Shown piece by piece: positions 47,801 to 58,221 of a DNA stretch of 64,000 nt (within the stretch, counting starts at the first letter, position 1; every line of letters begins with the position of its first letter). Under the pieces are notes generated by a model, which saw nothing but the letters and a program-made list of their open reading frames with translations, did not search any database and was not told where the DNA came from. The translations under genes were made by a program, and so were the position numbers. This DNA is from Synechococcus sp. (lineage in GTDB: Bacteria > Cyanobacteriota > Cyanobacteriia > PCC-6307 > Cyanobiaceae). The stretch spans positions 888,203 through 952,202 of the forward strand of contig JBJBEO010000001.1 in the NCBI GenBank assembly GCA_047284725.1, given 5' to 3'.

Positions 47801-50800
47801 GGCCTGGCTCTCACCCATGTACTGGAAGATCTGACCTGCCGGATCGAAGGAGCTATCAACAACTTCGTTGAAGCTGTAGTCATCATCTACACGGACCCGA
47901 TCACCGAAGTTCAGCTCAGGCGTGCCTGACTGGCTGGTGAACTGATAGTCATCGAGCAGTGTCTGTGCCAGGCCATTGAGAATGCCGGCACCACCGTCAT
48001 TGCTCGTTGACGACGCCGACACCACCTGGCTTGTGGCCTCGATCGTCGCGCTGTCGGCCGCCGAGACCGCAATGCCGCCGGCCGCAACGTCCGTCGAGAG
48101 ATCCAGCCAGTTGGTCGTGTCGGTTGTGTAGTTCTGGCTGCCGGTGCTCAGATCCACCGACGACTGAAGATTCTCGCCCTGATATTGGTAGTAGTCACCG
48201 TTGAACCCGACAATGTCGTTCTGGTTCAGCTGGGTCGGTGTATCGCTGTCTGTATAAAGCGTGCTCCCCGGGAGCAGTGTGGGGCTGCTAGTGCCAATGT
48301 CGAGCCAATCATTGTTACTGGCATAGTTCTGTGCTGTGTTGCTCAGATCCAGCGACGACTCGATTGGCGCTGTGCCCTGATATTCATAGACATCGCCGGA
48401 ATCGAGGCGTACCCGATCCCCGATGTTCAAGGTCACCGGACCATCGCTCGGGGCGTAATCCCAGGCATGCCCGAGATGGGCATCCGTCGTGGTGCTGACC
48501 ATGTTGCCGGCCAGCACACCGGCGAAGCTCATGCCGGTGGCGCCAAAGAGGGCGGAAGCCGCCGAGGTGGCCTCGTTGCCGACCGTGGCGGTGATCGCCG
48601 CGCCGGTCTCGGCATTCACGGTGACGCTGCCCACCGCATCGACCGAGGTGTTGTCGATCAGCGCCAGCGTCTCGAAGGGATCCTCGCTGCCGATGCTGCT
48701 GCCGAGCAGCGTGTCGATCGCATTGAAGAGAACGTTCTGGGACTGCCAGCCGATCGTGTTGAAGGCCAGCGTCACCCCCACCGCGGTGTCGCCGCTGGAG
48801 GTGGCGCTCAGGTTGCTCGCCTCGATCGCAGCGGTGTTGAGCGCCGTGACCTCAAGATCGCCGCCCAGGGGGGTGAGGGTGCTGTCCTGGACAAGCGCAC
48901 GCGCTGATCCCAGCACGGTGTTGGTGGCGATCACGCCATTGACCGCCAGGGAGGTGCCGCTGCCGTAGGCACTGCCGCCGGAGGACGATACCGTCGCATC
49001 GGCCGTCGCCTGGATCGTGGCGTTCTCCGACGCGCTCACCACCACGTCATCACCGGCCTGCAGGGTGATGGAGTTCAGGGACGCCTCGACATCGGCGCGC
49101 ACATCGTTCAGGACGACGATGCCGCCGATGGCGATCGAATCCGACCCGCTGACGTTGAGACCCTGGGGGATCAGCTGGCTCTCGGGCACTTCCTTCCAGT
49201 ACCCCAGGTCGCTGTAATTCAACCGACTCAGATCGCTCGAGCCGGCTAAGCCGCTGGCCGGGTCGATCCCGTCGGCCCCCATGAATTCATAGACAGAGCC
49301 GGCACTGCCGCTGATCTCGACCCAGTCGAGGCTGCTGCCGTAGTCCAGGGTCACCAGATCGACAACCGTCGGGGGATCCTGCTCCTCGCCCACGTACTGA
49401 TACACGCTGCCGACGGTGCCGTCGCCTGTGGCCTCCTCGGTCACCTCCACGACCATTCCGTCGATCAGGCCCTGCTCATTCGTGCTCAGACCCAGCTGCG
49501 GTGTCGTGCTGTGGGTCGGCACCGCGTAATCATCGGCCAGCCGCACCCGATCACCGAACTCCAGGGTCACGCTGGTGGCGTCGGAGGTGTGGTCCACCTC
49601 GAGGAGATCATTGATGCTTTCCTGCAGCACCGACGCGCCACCGTCATTGGTGGTGGTCGATGAGGAGACGATCTTGGTGTTGGAGTAAACGCCGGCGCTG
49701 TCGCTGGCGGTGATTGCGACGCTGCCACCAGCCTCCACCGCGGTGCTGACGGCATCTCCGCCATCGCTGTCCTCCACGTAGGCCCGCGTGGCGGTGCTGA
49801 CCTTGTTGCTCGCCAGAATCGCACTGGTGCTCATGCCCATCGCACCGAACAGGGCCGAGGCTTCTGAGATCGCGGCGTTGGAGACGGTCGCGTTCAGCCC
49901 GGCATCGTTCACCGCGCTCACCGTCAGGTCGCCGCTGAGCTTGAGGGTGGAATCCTCGATCGCGGCGATCACCGTGGCCGGATCCTCACGGCCGATCAAG
50001 CTGTCGCCCACCAACGCATCAATGGCGTTGAAGAGCACGTTCTGCGACTGCCAGCCGATCGTGTTGAAGGCCAGCGTGACCCCGACCGCCGTATCCCCCG
50101 AGCTGGTCGAGCCCAAGATGGTGGCATCGATGGCGGAGGTGTTCTCGGCCGTCACCGCAACAGCGCCGCCGATGGCGGTTGTGCCGTCACCGATCTCGCT
50201 GTCGGTGATGGTGGCCTCGGTCGTGCTCTGCACCAGGTTGGTGGCGATCGTGCCGTTGACCGCCAGGGAGGTGCCGGTGCCGTAGGCACTGCCACCGGAG
50301 GAGGACACCTCACTGAGGATCGTGGCGGCGATCTGCGCATTGGAGAGCGCCGCGACTGTCAGATCACCGCCCGCCGCAACATCGGCGTTATCGATGAAGA
50401 CGTCGACACGGCTTCTGACATCGTTGCGCACGACCACACCGCCGATGGCCACCGAATCGGAGCCCGTCACATTGCCGACATTGGGGATGTAGTCGGCGGT
50501 GCTTTCGGTCACCTTGACCCAATCGCCGGAGGTCTCGTAATCAATCGTGCCCAGATCAATCTGGGCGGCTTGTGCCCCCTCGTAGCGGTAGATCCCGCCC
50601 TCATCTCCACCGTTGCTGTAACCGGGACCCACCCGCACCCTGGTGGATTCGGCCGCACCCTGCCGGCTCCAGAACGTTGTGTCGTTGTAGTTCTGGCTGG
50701 CCAGATCCAGCGTGTCGTCAACAAGGTCACCGTCACCGAGGTATTCATAGACCGCACCTTCCTCGCCGCTGATCTCCTGCCACAGTGTTGCGTCGGTGAA

Positions 50801-53800
50801 ATCCTGCGCGGTGAGGTCGAGGGTTCCGCCCTGTCCGACGTATCGGTAATAGCCGCTGCCGACGCGCACGATGGTGGTGTCCTTCACCACGGTGGCACTC
50901 TCGGCACCGCTGTCGGTGGTGGTGTAGTCGGGGGTGATGGCCTCGAAATAGCCGTAGTCGACCTTGACCCGATCGCCGAGTGCGACCACGGTGCTGCCCT
51001 CACCGGTGCTGTGGTCGTAGCTGGGCAGCCCGACGAGCACGGACCCCGATTCGGTGGTGAAGTCGTACTGCCTGTCCAGGTTGGCCAGCGCGTCTTGCAG
51101 CAGGCTCACGCCGCCGTCATTGGTGGTCACCGACACCGAGGTGATGTCGCTGCTGGAGAGGACGCCGGCCTCGTCGCTGGCCGTGACCGTCACATGGCCG
51201 AGCGCACTGACATCGCCCTGGGCGCCGCTGAAGGCGATGAAGGCATCCGCCGCGCTGCTCACCAGGTTGCTGGCCAGCACCCCGGAGGTGCTCATCCCCG
51301 TCGCCCCGAAGAGCGCCGACGCTGCACTGTCGGCCTGATTGGTGATGGTTGCGTCCAGCTGCGCCGCATTGCGTGCCGTCACGCTGATGTCAGCGGCGGC
51401 GGTGAGCTGGCTGTCGCGGCTGTAGGCCGTGACCTGCGCCGGTGCCTCCTGGCCGAGCACCGAATCACCGAGCAGGGCATCGAGCGTGTTGAACAGCAGG
51501 TTCTGGGGCTGCCAGCCGATCGTGTTGAAGGCGAGCGTGACCCCGACCGCCGTATCCCCCGAGGTGGTGGCACTCAGCACCGACGCGTCGATGGCGGAGG
51601 TGTTCTCGGCCTCCACCGCGATGGTGCCCGCCTCGGTGGTGCCGCCCGCTGCGTCCTGGGCTTCCACCGTGCTGTCGGTGATCCGCGCGCTCGCCGCACT
51701 CAACACCGTGTTGGTGGCGATGAGGCCGTTGATCGCCAGGGAGGTGCCGGTGCCGTAGGCGCTGCCGCCGGAGGAGGAGGCGGCGCTCTCTGCCGTGGCG
51801 GTGATGGCGGCGATCTCGCTGGCCTCGACCGTGACATGGCCGTCCCTGGCCAGGACGGTGGCGTCGTTGATGTAGGCATCGACGGTGCCGCGCACGTCGT
51901 TGCGCACCACCAGGCCGCCGATGCCGATCGAATCCGAACCGCTGACGTTCAGGCCACTGGGGATGATGTTGGTCTGATCGAGCGGCTTCCAGAGCCCATA
52001 GTCGCTGTAATCCTGGGCGCCGAGATCACGGGCCTGGCTCTCACCCATGTACTGGAAGATCTGACCTGCCGGATCGAAGGAGCTATCAACAACTTCGTTG
52101 AAGCTGTAGTCATCATCTACACGGACCCGATCACCGAAGTTCAGCTCAGGCGTGCCTGACTGGCTGGTGAACTGATAGTCATCGAGCAGTGTCTGTGCCA
52201 GGCCATTGAGAATGCCGGCACCACCGTCATTGCTCGTTGACGACGCCGACACCACCTGGCTTGTGGCCTCGATCGTCGCGCTGTCGGCCGCCGAGACCGC
52301 AATGCCGCCGGCCGCAACGTCCGTCGAGAGATCCAGCCAGTTGGTCGTGTCGGTTGTGTAGTTCTGGCTGCCGGTGCTCAGATCCACCGACGACTGAAGA
52401 TTCTCGCCCTGATATTGGTAGTAGTCACCGTTGAACCCGACAATGTCGTTCTGGTTCAGCTGGGTCGGTGTATCGCTGTCTGTATAAAGCGTGCTCCCCG
52501 GGAGCAGTGTGGGGCTGCTAGTGCCAATGTCGAGCCAATCATTGTTACTGGCATAGTTCTGTGCTGTGTTGCTCAGATCCAGCGACGACTCGATTGGCGC
52601 TGTGCCCTGATATTCATAGACATCGCCGGAATCGAGGCGTACCCGATCCCCGATGTTCAAGGTCACCGGACCATCGCTCGGGGCGTAATCCCAGGCATGC
52701 CCGAGATGGGCATCCGTCGTGGTGCTGACCATGTTGCCGGCCAGCACACCGGCGAAGCTCATGCCGGTGGCGCCAAAGAGGGCGGAAGCCGCCGAGGTGG
52801 CCTCGTTGCCGACCGTGGCGGTGATCGCCGCGCCGGTCTCGGCATTCACGGTGACGCTGCCCACCGCATCGACCGAGGTGTTGTCGATCAGCGCCAGCGT
52901 CTCGAAGGGATCCTCGCTGCCGATGCTGCTGCCGAGCAGCGTGTCGATCGCATTGAAGAGAACGTTCTGGGACTGCCAGCCGATCGTGTTGAAGGCCAGC
53001 GTCACCCCCACCGCGGTGTCGCCGCTGGAGGTGGCGCTCAGGTTGCTCGCCTCGATCGCAGCGGTGTTGAGCGCCGTGACCTCAAGATCGCCGCCCAGGG
53101 GGGTGAGGGTGCTGTCCTGGACAAGCGCACGCGCTGATCCCAGCACGGTGTTGGTGGCGATCACGCCATTGACCGCCAGGGAGGTGCCGCTGCCGTAGGC
53201 ACTGCCGCCGGAGGACGATACCGTCGCATCGGCCGTCGCCTGGATCGTGGCGTTCTCCGACGCGCTCACCACCACGTCATCACCGGCCTGCAGGGTGATG
53301 GAGTTCAGGGACGCCTCGACATCGGCGCGCACATCGTTCAGGACGACGATGCCGCCGATGGCGATCGAATCCGACCCGCTGACGTTGAGACCCTGGGGGA
53401 TCAGCTAGCTCTCGGGCACTTCCTTCCAGTACCCCAGGTCGCTGTAATTCAACCGACTCAGATCGCTCGAGCCGGCTAAGCCGCTGGCCGGGTCGATCCC
53501 GTCGGCCCCCATGAATTCATAGACAGAGCCGGCACTGCCGCTGATCTCGACCCAGTCGAGGCTGCTGCCGTAGTCCAGGGTCACCAGATCGACAACCGTC
53601 GGGGGATCCTGCTCCTCGCCCACGTACTGATACACGCTGCCGACGGTGCCGTCGCCTGTGGCCTCCTCGGTCACCTCCACGACCATTCCGTCGATCAGGC
53701 CCTGCTCATTCGTGCTCAGACCCAGCTGCGGTGTCGTGCTGTGGGTCGGCACCGCGTAATCATCGGCCAGCCGCACCCGATCACCGAACTCCAGGGTCAC

Positions 53801-53905
53801 GCTGGTGGCGTCGGAGGTGTGGTCCACCTCGAGGAGATCATTGATGCTTTCCTGCAGCACCGACGCGCCACCGTCATTGGTGGTGGTCGATGAGGAGACG
53901 ATCTT
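44847..53905. repeat. Near-perfect intragenic tandem repeat; period 4230 bp (1410 aa); ~2.14 copies
   Basis: Offset 4230 throughout (44941 = 49171 = 53401); duplicated ORF-track entries in several frames; identity ends at 44846/49076 and 53906/49676; only difference noticed is at 53407. Confidence 0.95.
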
Positions 53906-56551
53906 TGAATTTGAATAGATACCCGACTCATCCGTGGCACGGACTATGGCATTTCTGACAGCATTCACATCGGTCGTGATCGAGTCATCAGTGTCCTGAT
54001 CAGCGATATAGGCGAATGCACCACTATTGATCTTGTTGGATGCGAAAATCCCTCCAGAGCCAACGCTCGATGCGCCGAAGATGCTGTCGGCAGTGCTTGC
54101 GGCTGCATTACTGACCGTTGCGTTGAACTTGCTCTTGGCGTCGGCACTGAGCAGCACATCTTGTGCCGAGACGACGCTGGAGTCGATAATGTATGCGCTC
54201 ACGTCGGAGCGTTCGAAGCTTCCAGGGCCAGGGCCAAGAAGAGCATCGAGCGTCTGGATACCAGGCACGACGCGCCAGCCTATGGAGTTGAAGGCAACTG
54301 AGGCACCTAGGCTGAATCCGGTTCCGCCCAAGGAGATCTCGGGTGTTTGAGATGTCGCCGAAGCGCCCGATTTTGCGTCAACGCCTGATGTGTCCTCAGC
54401 CCTAACAAGTACATCGCCACTTGTCAGCGTTTTGATATCACTGTCGTTCTCAATGTAGGCAGTGGTACTGCCGATCAGTGTGTTGGAGGAATATGTTCCG
54501 CCGATGCTGATGCTTCCTGTGAAAGGTAGTGATGCAGCAACCGAAGTGGTTTTCGCTTGCGCACCCAACTGCGCTTGCTTGGTCGCTTCGATTGTGATAT
54601 CGGCACCGGTCGCCTCCAAGGCGGAATTGGTGATGAACGCTTCGACGTTCCGATCCAACAGATTCTGCGCCGATGCAACATTCACCGAGACCGGCAGGAC
54701 GACTGAATCGAGGTTGACGATCTGTTCCGGTGCTGCCGCCGTGAGCATCGCTAGATCGTTCGCGGCAACTGATACTCCGCCGGCTCCGGCATTCACCGAG
54801 CTTCCTTCGATCGAAGCCTTCACGTCACCATCGATCTCGTTCAGCGCAGAAACGGCAAAAGCGCTGTAGTTGGTTTGTGTGGTGGCGTCTATCGAAAGTC
54901 CACCTACATTGATGGTATTAGTGGAATTCTTGATTGATGCCACCGCGCTCTCGGTGAACCGATTCACAGTCGAAATCGTCGACGCTGAACGCACCTTGCC
55001 CTGGGTCGTTGCCGACAGAGAGAACGTTGTTGCCGTGATGCTGCCGCCATCAACGTGGACACTCGCGCTTGAATCCGCCGTGAGGTCAATGGGAAGAGGC
55101 GTGGAAATGTTGATGTCACGTTTCACCGTGGCACTAGCGGTCACATTGCCTGTGGCGTTGATGTCACCAGCGATGTTGATGCTGGCCTGAAGGTTGCTTA
55201 CATTGGCAGCATTGGTGATCTGGTTTGATTCTTCTGCGATCGCGTTAAAAAGTACGCTGCCCAGGCCCGATAGGCTGGCCCCAGTCGCCACATTGATTCT
55301 TTCTGCGTGGATCTCCAGGTTGTTCCCTTCGAGATCAACAGTTCCTGTGAGCACCACCGAGTCGGTGCCCGCGCCGCCGCGAATTGTTAGCTTGGCGTCA
55401 ATGTCAGCCGTTGCGATCTCGAGGACGTCGTCGGCGCCGCCGAGGTCGATGATCAGCTCGGTGGTCGGCTTGACGAAATAAATGGTCTCGATGGTGGGGC
55501 TGACGTCCGGGTCGTTGCGCAGCACCAGATCGCTGGTGTTGGTGCTGTCGTCCTCGAGAATCAACGTGTCAGCAAGCGCCGCCGCTGGAGCCACCGTCTG
55601 CGGATTTTCGTTGGATCCGGCGTTGCCGGCGCTGTTCGCCGCGATTAGATCCGCGTCGATGGTGAGCGTCGCCACCGCGCTGTTGAGCGTGATCGGCTCA
55701 AGACCTTCGTAGTTGACCGTCTGCCCGTCGAGCGTCACTGAACCAGAATGCGGGCCGGATGCCTCGAAGCCGACGTTTGTATAGCTTTCTCCAACGAACA
55801 CAAGGCTGTCGAAGCCACCGTCGCCACCGTCGATACCGCCGCTGATGGCTCCTTGTTGCTCAAAGACAAACGTGTCTTCGTTGTCCGTGCCACCGGTGAG
55901 TTTCTCAACACCAGAAAATTGCACCACTGTGTTCACGTTGCCCTGATTGAGGGCGGTGACTGTCCATAGGCTGTCCATGCCGGGGCCGAACAGGGTGTCC
56001 GTCCCCAGGCCACCATCGAAATGCAGGCTTCCCCCGACCGCACCGAGGGCATTGATCAGCTCAGAACTAACGGTTAAAGCGTCATCGCCCTCTCCCAGTG
56101 CAACCGTGACACCAGCGGCTGTCAGAGGTGCGAGAACGATGACCTCCCCTGCTTGAACCGTTGCTGTGAGCTCACCGGCGTCGTTGGCATCAAGGGCAAG
56201 CGCCTGGCCTAGAGAGTCACCAACCAGTGAAATCTCACCACTGAGATCGTCGATCAGCCAATTGATGCCACTGGATTGAAGCGACGAACTTTCCTGAGGC
56301 GGACTGCCACCGTCAATGATGGGATCATGGGGCGAATCACTCAGCAAGTTCTCAGATACCTCGCCTTCAATTTCGGCTTCGGGGGTATCAACGGCTACCA
56401 ATAATTCGCTGTCGATTGAGCCTGAGTCCAGGAGCGACTCGCCAAGCTGAGGCCCGGATGAGTCACTCTCCAGCGCCGCTTCCTCCTCAAGTCCAGGCAG
56501 TAAATAGCCTTCTTGGAGTGCTTCCAGGGAAGGATCTTGAGGCACAGCCAT

Positions 56552-56805
56552 GGCTGAACGAATCGCCTAATCCTTTACTCATAAAGGGGCCAGCTTTGGC
56601 ACGCAATGTCGCATCCGCTTTTAAGTGGGCATGCCTAAAATCAGTGTTTAATCGGATTCTCACCAGTCTTTAAGATTCAAGTTTTTTAGTTGAGCTATAA
56701 GCATTTTGAAGTCTTAATTTGTCGCTTCAAATATTAAAAAACCGTGAGCAAATGTTCAATAATTTCTCGCTTTTGTTATGACTCAAGGGCCTTATTTCTT
56801 TGGTG
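56552..56805. promoter_or_regulatory. AT-rich divergent promoter region between the giant gene and sapC
   Basis: Head-to-head genes; strongly AT-rich sequence at 56640-56800; individual boxes not assigned. Confidence 0.55.
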
Positions 56806-57561
56806 ATGGCTCCACAGCTGCTGTTTTACAACGATGTTGTTCCTCTGAATAAGGAGCGTCATCAGGGCTGGTCTCTTAAGCAGGTTGATGATTATTCGTT
56901 TGCAGACAAGGCCAACTCTGTCCCTCTGATGTCTGTTGAGTTCTTCCAGGCCTCCGCTGATTATCCAATTGTCTTTGCTGGCGACGAAGAAGTCGTTTCT
57001 CCCGTGCTGTTGCTCGGATTGCAGCAGGCTCAGAATTTATTCCTGCAAAGCAATGGGTCATGGAGTGGTGGTTACATACCCGCCTTTATCAGAAGGTATC
57101 CATTCGTATTTACTCGCTCTGATGACGGTGAGCAATACTATCTATGCATCGATGAGTCGCATCCAGGTTTCAATCAATACGGTGAAGGTGAGGCTTTGTT
57201 GAACGAAGATGGTAATCCTACGGACTTCACCGACAACATCCTCAAGTTTCTGAGTAGCTACCAATATGAGTTCCAGAGGACGCAGGCATTTTGCAAGAAG
57301 CTGAAGGAGCTCAATCTCCTGGAGGCAAAGCAAGCTGATATTTCCCTTCCGGATGGTACCAAGAAGTCCTTGAAAGGTTTTTATACTGTTGAGCGACAAC
57401 GCCTGGCATCACTGTCGTCTGAGTCCATCGTGGAGCTTGTTCGGTCGGGTTACTATGAGATGATTTGTAGCCATCTCGCTTCATTGCGTAACTTCAAGCT
57501 TCTCAGTGATCTCAGCAATGAGCGAGTTAGCGAAAGTGGGGAATTGCATGCTGTGGTGTAG
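56806..57561 (+). CDS. sapC: SapC family protein
   Basis: LFYNDVVPLNKERH, VPLMSVEF..AS.DYPIVF, LLGL....NLF....W...YIPAFIRRYPF, LCIDE, GFYTVE..RL, HLASL.NF. Confidence 0.9.
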   Translation: MAPQLLFYNDVVPLNKERHQGWSLKQVDDYSFADKANSVPLMSVEFFQASADYPIVFAGDEEVVSPVLLLGLQQAQNLFLQSNGSWSGGYIPAFIRRYPFVFTRSDDGEQYYLCIDESHPGFNQYGEGEALLNEDGNPTDFTDNILKFLSSYQYEFQRTQAFCKKLKELNLLEAKQADISLPDGTKKSLKGFYTVERQRLASLSSESIVELVRSGYYEMICSHLASLRNFKLLSDLSNERVSESGELHAVV

Positions 57562-58221
57562 TTGGTTGGTGCATGATGTCTTTGGTGTGAGGTGAATTTT
57601 TCGTGGCACTGCCTCTCAACGATGCAGTGCTCTTTTTTTGTTCTGTCGTTTCGCTTCTCTGACCATCTGCTGTGTGATTGGAATGCTCCCGGTTTCTCGC
57701 TTGGGCTCGTTGCTGGCCGTCAGGCCTCAGGCATCGGTAGGGCTTGACGTTGATGGCATTGGCTCTGTTGTCTGCTGATCGTCGTTTTCCCAAGCAATCG
57801 ACGAGAAGCTGGCGTGCTGAAGTGTCTGTGGCAGTCCTATTTGCAAGTCTGTGATTGGTGTCAATGCTTTCTGCAGACTTGCTGGCTTTGATGCGTCGTG
57901 GTTCTGGGTGGTGGTGGTTGCCTGGAGCTGTAGTCTTCGGCTTGTCTTGTAGAAGCTTGGCGTGAATGTGTGAAGTTGGCGGCGTTTGCCCCTGTGTCAA
58001 GCACTACACATTTTGGCTCTTGTTGATTGATGATGGAGGAGATCGCCGCCTGTGGGTTCTGGCTTGTCTGTTGATCTTTTGATCAAGCCTTGCTTCTCAA
58101 GATCGATCGTTCGCTTTGGTTGGAGTGCTCTTGTTCCACACTCTGAATTGCAGGCGCCTGATGTTGAGTGCTTTTCAGAGTTGTTGTCTGACGATCTCAT
58201 CAAGAGTTCGATCTCCAGGAT

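Larger units (their letters stand above)
20804..56551 (-). pseudogene. Giant secreted RTX/LEPR-XLL-type exoprotein (11,915 aa if intact) interrupted by one in-frame TAG at 53405-53407
   Basis: The 1048-aa and 10,842-aa track ORFs are in the same frame, separated by TAG plus 24 sense codons; equivalent repeat positions 49175-49177 and 44945-44947 read CAG. Confidence 0.9.
14470..58221. mobile_element. Genomic island (~43.7 kb) between the helicase and GAP-family genes; no integrase or transposase visible
   Basis: Composition shift (21/60 GC at lines 16801 and 19141 versus 37/60 at core line 11641); only accessory genes; CTAGT at both junctions. Confidence 0.7.

Noticed and set aside
23633..52159. 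Long + strand ORFs opposite the giant gene (e.g. 580, 512 and 529 aa)
   Set aside because: Antisense shadows of a codon-biased GC-rich gene, with no motifs; some are duplicated only because of the repeat.
20804..53332. Calling the 10,842-aa ORF SwmB because of its similar size
   Set aside because: The length results from the amber stop (true frame 11,915 aa); I recognise no SwmB sequence, and size alone is not evidence.
53405..53407. Programmed pyrrolysine or other amber recoding
   Set aside because: No pyl genes or suppressor tRNA in the window; the context is identical to the Gln-coding copies, so a point change is simpler.
53405..56551. Treating the 1048-aa ORF as a separate gene
   Set aside because: It is in frame with the giant ORF and its end lies in the repeat where the other copies read CAG.
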